Positions 1-9,584 of a stretch of DNA of 64,000 nt are shown here, one piece after another. Every line of letters begins with the position of its first letter. Within the stretch, counting starts at the first letter, position 1. Both the position numbers and the translations under genes were made by a program. Where the stretch lies: assembly GCA_034521025.1 (NCBI GenBank), contig JAXHMZ010000003.1, positions 15,726 through 79,725 of the forward strand, in the 5' to 3' direction. This stretch comes from Candidatus Campbellbacteria bacterium. GTDB lineage: Bacteria > Patescibacteriota > Minisyncoccia > Phycocordibacterales > JAXHMZ01. The notes under the pieces are model-generated. The model saw only the letters and a program-made list of their open reading frames with translations. It was not told where the DNA came from and made no database searches.

Positions 1-993
1 CTTTTTCGCTATGCTGCGCAGGTGAAGCAGGAGCATGTAGGAAACAAGGTATATTTTCGCGGGTTGATTGAGTTTTCGAATATCTGTTCGAAGGATTGTT
101 ACTACTGTGGGATCAGGAAGGGCAACAAGAAGGTATCGCGGTATAATTTATCGGATGAAGAGATTCTTGAAGCGGCCCGTTTTGCGTATGAGAACAACTA
201 TGGTTCGGTCGTATTACAGGGGGGAGAGATTGATTCCCCGAAGTTCACGGAACGGATCGAGCGGTTGCTGCAAGAGATTAAAAAACTATCGGATGGAGGA
301 TTGGGCATTACCCTTTCCCTCGGGGAGCAATCGCGCGACACCTATGCGCGTTGGATGGAAGCCGGGGCGCACAGGTACCTTCTTCGCATCGAATCGTCGA
401 GCAGGGCATTGTTCAACAAGATCCATCCCCACGATGAGCACCATGAATTTGATAGGCGGTATGACTGTCTTCGCACCCTGCAGGAGTTGGGTTATCAGGC
501 AGGTACAGGGGTGATGATCGGTCTGCCGTTTCAATCCGTGGAGGATCTGGCGGACGATTTATTGTTCATGCAGTCGTTTGATGTTGACATGGTGGGAATG
601 GGACCATATATTGAGCACCACGACACACCGCTGTATGCATTCAGGGATCAGTTATTGCCGATTGGGGAGCGGTTTGATCTGGCGTTAAAGATGATTGCCA
701 CGCTGCGGATATTGATGAAGGACATTAACATTGCCGCTGCTACGGCCCTTCAGGCGATCGACCCGTTAGGAAGGGAGAAGGCGGTAAAGATTGGGGCGAA
801 TGTAATTATGCCGAATGTGACGCCCGGGTTGTTCCGGAACGATTACGCGTTGTATGAGAACAAGCCGTGTACCGATGAGGAGCCGGATCAGTGCAAGGGG
901 TGTCTGGATGCGCGGTTGAAGTTGGCCGACGGGGAGATCGGGTATGGCGAATGGGGAGATTCACGGCATTTCTTGAAGCGGAATAAGGGATAG
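1..993 (+). CDS. hydE: [FeFe]-hydrogenase H-cluster radical SAM maturase HydE (5'-truncated by window edge)
   Basis: RGLIEFSNICSKDCYYCGIR radical SAM CxxxCxxC motif, GTGVMIGLP, GANVIMPN, YALYENKPC C-terminal motif typical of HydE. Confidence 0.9.
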   Translation, partial: LFRYAAQVKQEHVGNKVYFRGLIEFSNICSKDCYYCGIRKGNKKVSRYNLSDEEILEAARFAYENNYGSVVLQGGEIDSPKFTERIERLLQEIKKLSDGGLGITLSLGEQSRDTYARWMEAGAHRYLLRIESSSRALFNKIHPHDEHHEFDRRYDCLRTLQELGYQAGTGVMIGLPFQSVEDLADDLLFMQSFDVDMVGMGPYIEHHDTPLYAFRDQLLPIGERFDLALKMIATLRILMKDINIAAATALQAIDPLGREKAVKIGANVIMPNVTPGLFRNDYALYENKPCTDEEPDQCKGCLDARLKLADGEIGYGEWGDSRHFLKRNKG

Positions 994-1183
994 AAGGATA
1001 TATAAATCTTCCAAAAACGTTCGATTTTCAATTAATGATTATCCACAGAGTTCTTTAGCTGCAAAGCTAAAAATATACGAAACCCCATTATAATCTATTA
1101 TACTGCATGTTAAGAATTATGTCTACTCCCTTCAAGGTACAGGGCAGGTCATCGATTAATTCTGGACATGAAACATATAAAAT

Positions 1184-1297
1184 TGGGCAGGTCTCAGATA
1201 TGTTTGGGCAGGTCCCAGATATGTATGGGGAGGAACCTAGATATGTATGGGGAGGAACCAGATATGTATGGGTGGTCCCAGTAAATTCGGGGCAGGT
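1184..1297. repeat. Degenerate ~21-bp tandem repeat (~5 copies)
   Basis: Units gggcaggtctcagatatgttt / gggcaggtcccagatatgtat / ggggaggaacctagatatgtat / ggggaggaaccagatatgtat / gggtggtcccagtaaattcgg. Confidence 0.85.
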
Positions 1298-1360
1298 AAT
1301 GCTCTCGAACTTTATGATCCAGCCACATCTACTCTATTGAAAGACTAATTAAAATAGTTG

Positions 1361-1368
1361 TATCTTTG
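1361..1368 (+). promoter_or_regulatory. Bacteroidota-type -7 promoter element (TAnnTTTG)
   Basis: tatctttg immediately upstream of the MNT start codon at 1373. Confidence 0.55.
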
Positions 1369-1372
1369 TTTT

Positions 1373-1700
1373 ATGGTCATAAATGAGAAAATCTCTGGCA
1401 GAATAGATGATTTCAAATCATTGTGCGAAAGTCACAAGGTTAAATACCTATATGCCTTTGGCTCTTCAGTTGCAGGTAATTTTGACGAGAAAAAAAGCGA
1501 TATAGATTTACTCGTGGAGATTGACTCTTCAGATCCATTGATAAGGGTGAGGCTCTTATGTCCTTATGGGATAATTTCGAAGATTTCTTCCATAGTAAAG
1601 TTGATCTTCTTACAAATTCATCTATTAGAAATCCATACCTTCAAAAAAGTATTGATTCAACGAAAGTTCTTATTTATGACGGACAAAGGAAAAAAGTACT
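1373..1700 (+). CDS. Minimal nucleotidyltransferase (MNT) antitoxin, frameshifted in this sequence; end approximate
   Basis: LYAFGSSV...SDIDLLVE (GS..DxD) motif; reading frame shifts near 1545-1550. Confidence 0.8.
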
Positions 1701-2009
1701 TATCTGATATTTTACATGCAATTGAGCTAGTAGAACAATTTACAGAATCAATTACTGATTACAATCATTTTCTTTCTGATTTAAAAACTCAGAGTGCTGT
1801 AAGAAAGGCAACTTGGAATAATTGGTGAAGCTGTTAATAGATTTGACCAACATTGTCCGGAATCATCTATTCAAAATGCTAAAAAAATTGTTGGATTCAG
1901 AAACAGGTTAATCCATGCTTATGACTCCATTGATTCCAGTATCATTTGGACAATTGTAAGGAGACATTTAACTCCGTTAAAAAAGGAAGTATTTGGTAAA
2001 TTAATATAG
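1676..2009 (+). CDS. HEPN (DUF86-type) ribonuclease toxin, frameshifted near 1800
   Basis: Starts MTDKGKKYLSDILHAIE; the second frame gives IIGEAVNR and the RNRLIHAYD Rx4H HEPN motif; follows the MNT gene. Confidence 0.8.
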
Positions 2010-2029
2010 AGCAGGTAGTTAGAAGCATT

Positions 2030-2353
2030 ATGGAACAGGAACAGATCAAAGAGATTATTATTAAGGAGATAGCAAAAACCGAGCGGTTGATTAATGAATA
2101 CCGTGAAATGAGTCAGCCCGTAGCCCCCGACGATGCGATAGGTCGGATCACCCGAATGGATGCGATCAACAACAAGAGTGTAACGGAGGCCTCCTTGCGG
2201 CAGGCTGAGGAGAAGTTAAAGAACCTGAACCGAGTATTATCAAAAATCGGCACGAAAGAGTTCGGTATTTGTCAGAAATGCGGCAAGGAGATCCACATCC
2301 GCCGGATCATCTTTCGTCCGGAGAGTTTGCTATGTGTAGACTGTGCCAATTAG
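2030..2353 (+). CDS. TraR/DksA C4-type zinc finger protein
   Basis: Coiled coil with DDAIGRITRMDA, then FGICQKC...LLCVDC. Confidence 0.85.
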   Translation: MEQEQIKEIIIKEIAKTERLINEYREMSQPVAPDDAIGRITRMDAINNKSVTEASLRQAEEKLKNLNRVLSKIGTKEFGICQKCGKEIHIRRIIFRPESLLCVDCAN

Positions 2354-2762
2354 GATCATTTGTTAACATTCCCACTTCATATAATATGTTTCCCGTTTCA
2401 GTGATGTCCGCTTAATATTTGAACTATTTTTTGCGCCCCTTTATAAATAAGGATTTCGTGGGTTATACAATTTTTCCAATTAGAAATCAGAACTTCGATT
2501 CATTTTCTTTTTTTTGCAACAAATATACCACCTTATATTACAGATTTATAGCGCATTAATAATTCCGAGGTGCAGCAAAAACCTCGACAATTTTAAGTCA
2601 ACTACCCTCCTACTTCAATAGATTCTCCAATCTTCACTTCAATAGAAATTTCCACCCCTTCAACGGATTGATCTCAGAAACCTTCCCATCCTCAGTAAAA
2701 TTCTGTCAAACTTCATCCGATAAATAACCCACCTTTTGTCCAGATATTTCCTTATCTGAGCA

Positions 2763-2790
2763 CATTAACAGAACAAAAAGTCTGTTAATG
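2763..2790. promoter_or_regulatory. Perfect 10-bp inverted repeat with 8-bp spacer overlapping the integrase start codon
   Basis: cattaacaga-acaaaaag-tctgttaatg. Confidence 0.6.
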
Positions 2791-4173
2791 ATGAAAAAGA
2801 TAGAAACAAGGATATTCCGATTAGGTGGAATACTACAGCTTGGTTTTCCTCAGCTAGAGCGAAATGAGATTGAAGCATTCAGGAGTTTAAAAGGGTTTCG
2901 GTTTTGCGGAGCTTTAAAGATGTGGCACATCATCTATTACAAGGGCGTTGTGGGGTATCTGAACGGATTGCATAAGGGCAGGTATCTGTTTCTTGAAGAC
3001 ATGACAGACCTGAGGCATATCCAGGATGTACAGGCTGAGCAACAGAGGAAGGTAGCTCATGTTAAGCTTGACAAAGCAGCAGGCATGATGTACGTGAAGC
3101 ACACTTATGACACCCACTTTTACAAGGCCCTCCGGGTATTGGAGGATTCACATTACGACTCAGTGAACAGGAGGTGGACCATACCATTGGGAGAAAACTA
3201 CGCGAAGTTATGCAAATCAGCAAAATCCTATGCATTTGAAATAGAAGCTTCTACAATTGAAAAGAGCACGGAAGTCGAAGATGACTGAGAAACAGGACCC
3301 GGCCGCAGGAAAGGCGATCGGTTTTCAGTGACGAAGAGATTGTTTTACTGGAAAGATTTGAGCGTGAGCTTATCATTTCGCAACAGAAGCAAGCGTACAT
3401 TAGTAAGTTACCTGGAGTATACACAGACGGTTCATCGGATCATTTTCACGGCAGGAATTTCCAGGAGATAGCGAACCTCGAAGATACAGGAATATCTTAA
3501 TGATATCGTCTTACGCATGGGATATTCCCACAGCACCCTGAATATACACATCAGTGCTATCAGGAGTTTCTACCACCTGGTATTTAGAATAGATTTACAG
3601 GACATTGATCTTCCCAGGCCGAAAGCGGCAAAGGATTTGCCAAAGGTACTTTCCATGGGAGAATTACAACGTATGATAGAAGGTTGCGCCAATAAAAAGC
3701 ACCAGCTGATTATCACCCTGCTCTATTCCACCGGCATGCGCAGGGCAGAGATACTTGACATAAAAACTACCGACATAGACCTGGAATCGGGAACCATCCG
3801 CATTCATGGCAAGGGCAACAAATTCAGGACGGCCTACATTTCAAAAAATCTACATAAGTTACTAACGGGATATTTAAAGGCATACAAGCCTGTTGATTAC
3901 CTGCTTGAGGGACAGAACGGTCACCAATATTCAGAGACCAGCATTGCGAAAGTGATCCAGCGAGCAGCCAGGGAGGCCGGCATCAACAAGCGGGTGACAC
4001 CCCACATGCTCAGGCACAGTTTCGCCACACATCTGATTTCAAAGGGCTCTGCCCTTCCCTACGTTCAGAAATTATTGGGACACAGCAACATTAAAACAAC
4101 TTTGATATACACCCACGTCGCAGACAATGATTTAAAGAACCTTCCCAATCCCCTCGACGACATGGACCTCTAA
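2788..4173 (+). CDS. Tyrosine recombinase/integrase with N-terminal extension and SAM-like domain (split by frameshifts at ~3290-3510)
   Basis: LPKVLS, LLYSTGMRRAE (R), GKGNK (K), HMLRHSFATH (HxxR), LLGHSNIKTTLIYTH (H,Y); the intervening sequence encodes LLERFERELI..RSKRTLVSY, resembling an integrase SAM-like domain. Confidence 0.85.
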
Positions 4174-4182
4174 TCAGTAAAT

Positions 4183-4551
4183 CTATCTTTTTCCTCCAGG
4201 AACAGTGCCAATAGCTTTTCCACAGCATTCACAGTAGCCTGTTGTATGTTCAATGGTCTGATCGGGATTAGCGGTCATTTCAAGGGTGGTGCCCTCATGC
4301 CCTTTTTGTTCACCGGGCTCACGTCCGGTTTTCTTCCGAAGGCTCTTGCGCTTGAAGACTCTGTTCTCATCCTTCGAGGGTGGAATGGAACTGTTATTAC
4401 TATTCTCTGGATGTTCGTATTTGGCCAGCTTTTCTTTCAATTTGTCATTTTCTTTTCGCAAACCCTTTATCTCGCTGTGAAGGTCATTTACAAGATTGAT
4501 CAGTTTCTCTATCTTCCTGGTTAAGGTGGCTATTTTTGAATCTGTTGTCAC
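4183..4551 (-). pseudogene. IS66-family transposase N-terminal remnant
   Basis: Coiled coil followed by NSNNSSIPPSKD, R.PGEQKGHEG and CECCG, typical of the IS66 TnpC N-terminus; catalytic domain absent. Confidence 0.75.
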
Positions 4552-4996
4552 TCAGCAATCCAGATTATACTCAAAGAGCAGATGATTTATATTCAGCATA
4601 CGATTTTATTGAAAAACATCGGCGACCTGCAAGGCCCAGCGATGAGTCCATGTTGGAAATCAGTATTGACCAATTCATATCTTATCTGTACATCATATCC
4701 TTTTTTCATACTGGATTTTAACGTGGACTTCAACCGCACCCACCTAAGGATAAATAATGATACCACCTATTTGGTTCCATTTTTTTACCATTTTTCTTAA
4801 TTTTTTTTCATTCACCCCTATCCCTTTGTTCATAAGGCATCCAAGACTTATGTCCTAATTATTTATCCTTTTTTTTGGCAAAAACCCGCCTAAAAAGATT
4901 CACACTTTTGGCCCTATATCGATTAATCTAATAAAGGGGCCATTGTAAACGAGCTTCTTTTTTCAAGAAACAACAGATAGATTATAAACCAAAAAA

Positions 4997-5530
4997 ATGA
5001 AAATCATGGAAAATCCAATGATTCTTATCCTCGGTCTCGTGATCATGATCAGTTTATTCGAGCAGATGTACCTTTTCTGGAAACAAAGAGTTCGTCCAAC
5101 CCTTCAAAAGCACTATTTCACAGCAAAAGCAGATGTTGCAGCCAGGGAAAAAGGTCATTTGACGTCGAAGAGTCATCTCCCTAATTTGCAGAAAGACTTT
5201 TCCACGTTGAAAAGTACTTCTGCAGTTGTGCACAAAGACGTTTCCACGTTGAAAAGTGTTTCTGCAGTTGTGCAGACAGGCATTTCCACCTTAAAAAGTC
5301 TTTCTGCAGTTGTGCGAAAGTACTTTTCCATGTTGAACAGTGTTTCTGCAGTTCTGCAAAACTACTTTTCAACATCAAAATGTGTTTTTGCAGCAGTTCG
5401 GGTATATGATCAGAACCTGGAACGGCATGTTGGCGCATCTGCACATCTGGTACGCAGCATCAAAAAGTCTTTTTTTAGCACTGCTCAAATACATAAAAAC
5501 CTCCATAAGGAACTCACCATTTTTACATAG
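4997..5530 (+). CDS. Hypothetical protein with N-terminal hydrophobic segment and 14-aa repeats (may be a spurious ORF over a DNA repeat)
   Basis: MILILGLVIMISLF hydrophobic stretch; repeats of KDFSTLKSVSAVVQ type. Confidence 0.35.
   Translation: MKIMENPMILILGLVIMISLFEQMYLFWKQRVRPTLQKHYFTAKADVAAREKGHLTSKSHLPNLQKDFSTLKSTSAVVHKDVSTLKSVSAVVQTGISTLKSLSAVVRKYFSMLNSVSAVLQNYFSTSKCVFAAVRVYDQNLERHVGASAHLVRSIKKSFFSTAQIHKNLHKELTIFT
5187..5396. repeat. 42-bp tandem repeat (~5 copies) built from two quasi-palindromic ~21-bp halves
   Basis: Unit tgcagaaagacttttccacgttgaaaagtacttctgcagttg and variants. Confidence 0.9.
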
Positions 5531-5645
5531 GAATTTTCCCATGATCATGCGATTCATTTATTACCGGAAACAAGACGTTTCCAGCTGATTATAGAAGTTA
5601 CGTAACTGTTTATATTTATTTATTAATTTTTAAATTTTTAAAATT

Positions 5646-6301
5646 ATGAAAAATCATTTAAGACTATCACGCAGCGAAACTTGAAAGGTTTCAATTGGCT
5701 TTAACCAATGCAACGACAGATGCTGCCATTGCAGAAGCTTTGTCCAAATTCGGACTTTTTACGGAATCTCTTGAAGAGGGGAAAGCTCTGCTTGCCGCTA
5801 CCCGGGAGGCTTTCGAACTTTTCAATTCTCGCAGGAGAAAGCGCACTGTTGTGTACGCCGAATTCAATAAGCAGAAGATGGCGCTCACAAAGCTTTATTT
5901 AAAACATCGCAAAATGGCGAAGCTTGTATTCAAAGAAAATCGGGAGGTTTATGAAAGCTTAGGCTTAAGTGCCAGGTACAGGACGACTTATGTTCATTGG
6001 ATTGAAATGCTTAAAAATTTCTATTCGCAGGTCGGGGCTGACAATGGCATCAAAGAACAGCTGGCAAAGTTGAATATTACCATTGAAGAGTTGGATGCAG
6101 CAGCTTCAGCCATTGCTTCTCTTGAGAAAGCACGAGCCGATTACATGATTGAAAGGGAGCATCCAGGACTCAACAGATGCGAAGAATATCGCATTTTCAA
6201 AAATGGATGATTGGATGGCGCATTTCTTCGACCTTTCAAAAGTAGCGTTCAGGAAGCAGCCTCAGCTTATGGAATCATTTGGAATAGTCGTAAAAAACTA
6301 A
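5646..6301 (+). CDS. Alpha-helical hypothetical protein (frameshifted at both ends)
   Basis: Core ORF 5695-6210; ATG at 5646 after an AT-rich leader; C-terminus VAFRKQPQLMESFGIVVKN* lies in a shifted frame. Confidence 0.6.
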
Positions 6302-6468
6302 GACAATGAATCTATTAAGAAAACAGGACAAAGCACTGCAAAGGAGGTATTCCCTCCCGGCAGAATGGCCACCAGGAACCGATAAAGCAGGCGGAGCATT
6401 GGTGTTCCGACTCTTCCGGATCAAACGCAGCGGTGAGATCTGTTAATTTTTAATAGGTTAATAGTGTG

Positions 6469-6500
6469 AAAAGGCTTCCTCGTACGGGGAGGCCTTTTTT
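6469..6500 (+). terminator. Intrinsic terminator
   Basis: aaaaggcttcct-cgtac-ggggaggcctttttt hairpin with U-tract. Confidence 0.7.
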
Positions 6501-6563
6501 TGTGCGCCGGCATGGGCATGAACTATATAGTGTGAAAGTTCCAGGCGCACTTTGAAAAAGGAT

Positions 6564-6660
6564 TTACAATCTATCTCCCGGTTACAATCTATCTCCCGGT
6601 TATAATCTATCTCCCGGTTATAATCTATCTCCCGGTTATAATCTATCTCCCGGTTACAAT
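6564..6660. repeat. 18-bp tandem repeat (5.4 copies)
   Basis: ttaYaatctatctcccgg repeated almost perfectly. Confidence 0.95.
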
Positions 6661-6837
6661 AATTGCTTAACTGGCGAATCATTTCTGCCCCGGGCAGAAA
6701 CTGTAATCAATTCCAAGCAGCATATTTTACAGCAGATCTTTAGTATCGATTCAAATTTTTTATTTACTTTTATTCAGCAAGCCATGTAAATGAATTTGAT
6801 TTTGGATAATTCACAGACAGATTGCCAGACATATAGA

Positions 6838-7020
6838 TAACAAAAGGTGTGTCTACAGGCTTAAAGCCTGCGAGATATACGAGATAAGAAATGTACACAT
6901 AACAAACCAATTATTGTATTGTAGAAAAACCTTTAGTACACATAATAACCTTAAAACTAAAACAACCACAATAGACTAAACCGGACAAAAGGTTTTTACA
7001 TAAACAATTGTAGGGCATTA
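6838..7020. other. Putative attI-like primary recombination site
   Basis: acaaaaggt motif at 6840 and 6985, inverted variant acctttagt at 6929, imperfect inverted repeat ~6909-6939/6983-7009, ending in core ttgtagggcatta. Confidence 0.45.
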
Positions 7021-7066
7021 GGTAAGTCGTGTAAGCTTGAAAAAAATGATTCATTAAAATTATTGT

Positions 7067-7513
7067 ATGAAAAAAGTATCGTTATATGTATTTCTAATTT
7101 TTCTTTCGATTAGTACGTTTTCCCAAGGACATAAAATATCATCTAATACTGTTGATATGGATTATTATAAATGGATTACATTCCTTTCCGAAGGGAAAAT
7201 AAATTGGACTAATCTTGATGATGATACATATATCGGAGAGTCTTTCCGATTTGTTATTACGACGTCTGAGATATACATTCAACTCTATATCGAGAAAATT
7301 ACTTATGGGATGGAGGGATGTTGTAAAAATATTGCTAATAAAAGAGAGATTCCTATTGGTGAGATTTTTTCCAGATTTAATATTGTTGGGGAACGATGCT
7401 GTGTAACCTTTGGTGGTTGGAGAAGTCCAACATCATGTGAGGTAATTATTCATGATACAAAGTATTTGATAAAAGATTTAAATACGACTGAAATATCTAT
7501 GTCAAAATTATAA
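7067..7513 (+). CDS. Secreted hypothetical protein, putative gene-cassette cargo
   Basis: Signal peptide MKKVSLYVFLIFLSISTFSQ; AT-rich; stop codon overlaps the inverse core site taacgccctacaac. Confidence 0.7.
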   Translation: MKKVSLYVFLIFLSISTFSQGHKISSNTVDMDYYKWITFLSEGKINWTNLDDDTYIGESFRFVITTSEIYIQLYIEKITYGMEGCCKNIANKREIPIGEIFSRFNIVGERCCVTFGGWRSPTSCEVIIHDTKYLIKDLNTTEISMSKL

Positions 7514-7780
7514 CGCCCTACAACAAACGATATAATTCATAGTTTTGTCACGCGTTTTGCTGGAGCGAGTTACCGGTTTTTTTCATAACTTTATTGTGAA
7601 TCAATCATCCTGACATGACTATGTGTTTCGCAAAACCCGCGCCACCCTGTGACTCCCCAAAATCCCCTCGCCTAAAGAACGCGCCCACTGACTGCGCAAG
7701 GCCAGCAAGCTCCCGCAATCGCTCCCCGGGAATTTTGGGTAGCCCAGGGCCAACTACGAATCATATCGTCGGAACGTTAG
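7511..7780. other. attC-like long imperfect hairpin
   Basis: ...ctacAAC, then acgatataattcatagtt (7527-7544) pairing with aactacgaatcatatcgt (7752-7769), then GTTag; internal GC-rich hairpins. Confidence 0.65.
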
Positions 7781-9043
7781 TATAATACTCCTGAAATCCT
7801 AGACCAGAGGTTTAGTTAAAATTAATACATTAAATTTACTAAACCTATGACAAAACAATCAAGACGTAAATTCAGTGCGGAATTCGAGGCCAAGGTTGCC
7901 TTGGAAGCCATTAAGAACGAGAAGACCCTGGCCGAGCTGGGTCATCAATTTGAGGTTAATCCTGTGACCATCTCCAAATGGAAAAATGAATTTTTGGATA
8001 GGATGTCGACAGTTTTTGAAAACGGCACGGGCAAAAAATCGCAGGAGGACTCTCCGGATCTTGACAGGCTTTACGCTCAGATCGGGCAGTTAAAAGTGGA
8101 GAATGACTTTTTAAAAAAAAAGTGCCAGGAGACTGGGGATATCAGACAAAGAATGGAAATGATGCGGCCAAATCACAAAGCGCTATCGATACAGAAAGCA
8201 ATGCGATATCTCTTCTATACCAGGAGTTCCTTATACTATCAGCCAGTTCCGGAAAAACCGGAGAACGTAAAGATGATGCAGATCATGGATAAGCATCTTC
8301 TGAAGCATCCTACCGAGGGAGTCGTATCAATGGTTGATATGCTGAAGGAAATGGGAATACCGGGTGGGGCCTAAAGCGGATCCGGCGCCTTTTTAAGCTC
8401 ATGGGGCATCATACCCTTTATCGCAAGAAGAACCTTACAAAAGGAGCCTTAAACGAGTTTATTAAGCCCTACCTGCTTCAGAGAGATGAAGATCACGCAC
8501 GCCAACCAGGTTTGGTGTACTGATATTACATATCCCCATGTCCAAGGGGTTTATGTACCTGACTGCTATTATTGATGTTTACAGCCGCAAAATCGTTGGC
8601 TGGGGCATCAGTAACAATATGAGTAAGCAATGGGTGCTGGGTGTCTTAAAAGATGCCATAGCACAGCACGGAAAACCAGAGATCACCAACACTGACCAGG
8701 GATCTCAATACACGAGTTTTGCCTGGACACATTACCTGGAAGAACAGGGAATACAAATATCAATGGATAGTAAAGGAAGAGCGATAGATAACATCTGGAT
8801 CGAAAGGTTCTGGAAAAGCATCAAGTACAATTACATCTACTTTAAATCCTTGTGACAATGGTCTGGAACTTTTAGAAGGAGTCAGGGATTATATTGATTA
8901 TTATAACCAGAAAAAACATCAAACAATTAAAAAGAAACCCAATGACGCGTATCAGGAATCTATCTGCAAAAATGCAGCCTAAAACAAACAAATATTTAAC
9001 TTAACAAACTGCTCCTTTGGTACAGGAAATAGGGAGTATTATA
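7781..9043 (+). mobile_element. IS3-family insertion sequence with terminal inverted repeats and 3-bp target duplication
   Basis: Left end tataatactcctgaaatcctagaccagagg; right end reverse-complement tataatactccctatttcctgtaccaaagg; tag duplicated at 7778-7780 and 9044-9046. Confidence 0.9.
7847..8982 (+). CDS. IS3-family transposase OrfA/OrfB (A-run frameshift site ~8113-8121 plus further indels)
   Basis: OrfA RRKFSAEFEAKVALEA HTH; OrfB WCTDITY, YLTAIIDVYSRKIVGW, TDQGSQYTS, DNIWIERFWKSIKY (DDE). Confidence 0.88.
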
Positions 9044-9584
9044 TAGCTACAATTGCCCTCAGAAAACTTAAGTGCTTCGAATCTAGTGAGAGAAGAATAA
9101 CAAAAAGGAATAAACCAAGCAGGAGGTTTTATTTTCATCCCTCCCTCAGCAAGCACATTGTGACTGCCCTTCGGGACAGCCACAAAGAGCTTGCTCTAGA
9201 GCCCTCTTGACTATTCGAATAGGATGATTGCCGGATTAGGACTATTGCATGCCATTTTTTAAACTCGGTTATTTCACCTTTAATTATCTAGTTATCATGT
9301 TGGAAATGCATTTTATATTACTTCATAAGGCTAAGTAAGTCATGCATGACATATAGGTTCTCAACCGCATGTAAAATATCTTTTCAGGCTCGACCTTGTT
9401 GTATCTCTGAATAGAAAAATTGCTTTGGAACAATAATTAATTCTTACAATAATATAATTATCTATATTTTAGTGATATTTGTAATCGACAATAACTAAAG
9501 AAGTAATCATAAGAGCATAATTCTAGCTAAAATGGAAAGTTTTGAACTCTGTTTATTTGCATTAAACAGCAATTAAAATGCATT

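Noticed and set aside
1107-1340. 77-aa ORF over the 21-bp repeat
   Set aside because: The open frame is explained by the repeat period being a multiple of three; no other coding evidence
2374-2402. dif/Xer-like site (acttcatataat...)
   Set aside because: Only one arm resembles a XerC box; there is no ttatgttaaat-like XerD arm
5187-5396. Possible CRISPR array
   Set aside because: Tandem degenerate units without spacers
6564-6660. Possible CRISPR array, or the REIDYN-repeat ORF 6458-6682
   Set aside because: Units are contiguous with no unique spacers and no cas genes; the ORF is a by-product of an 18-bp repeat
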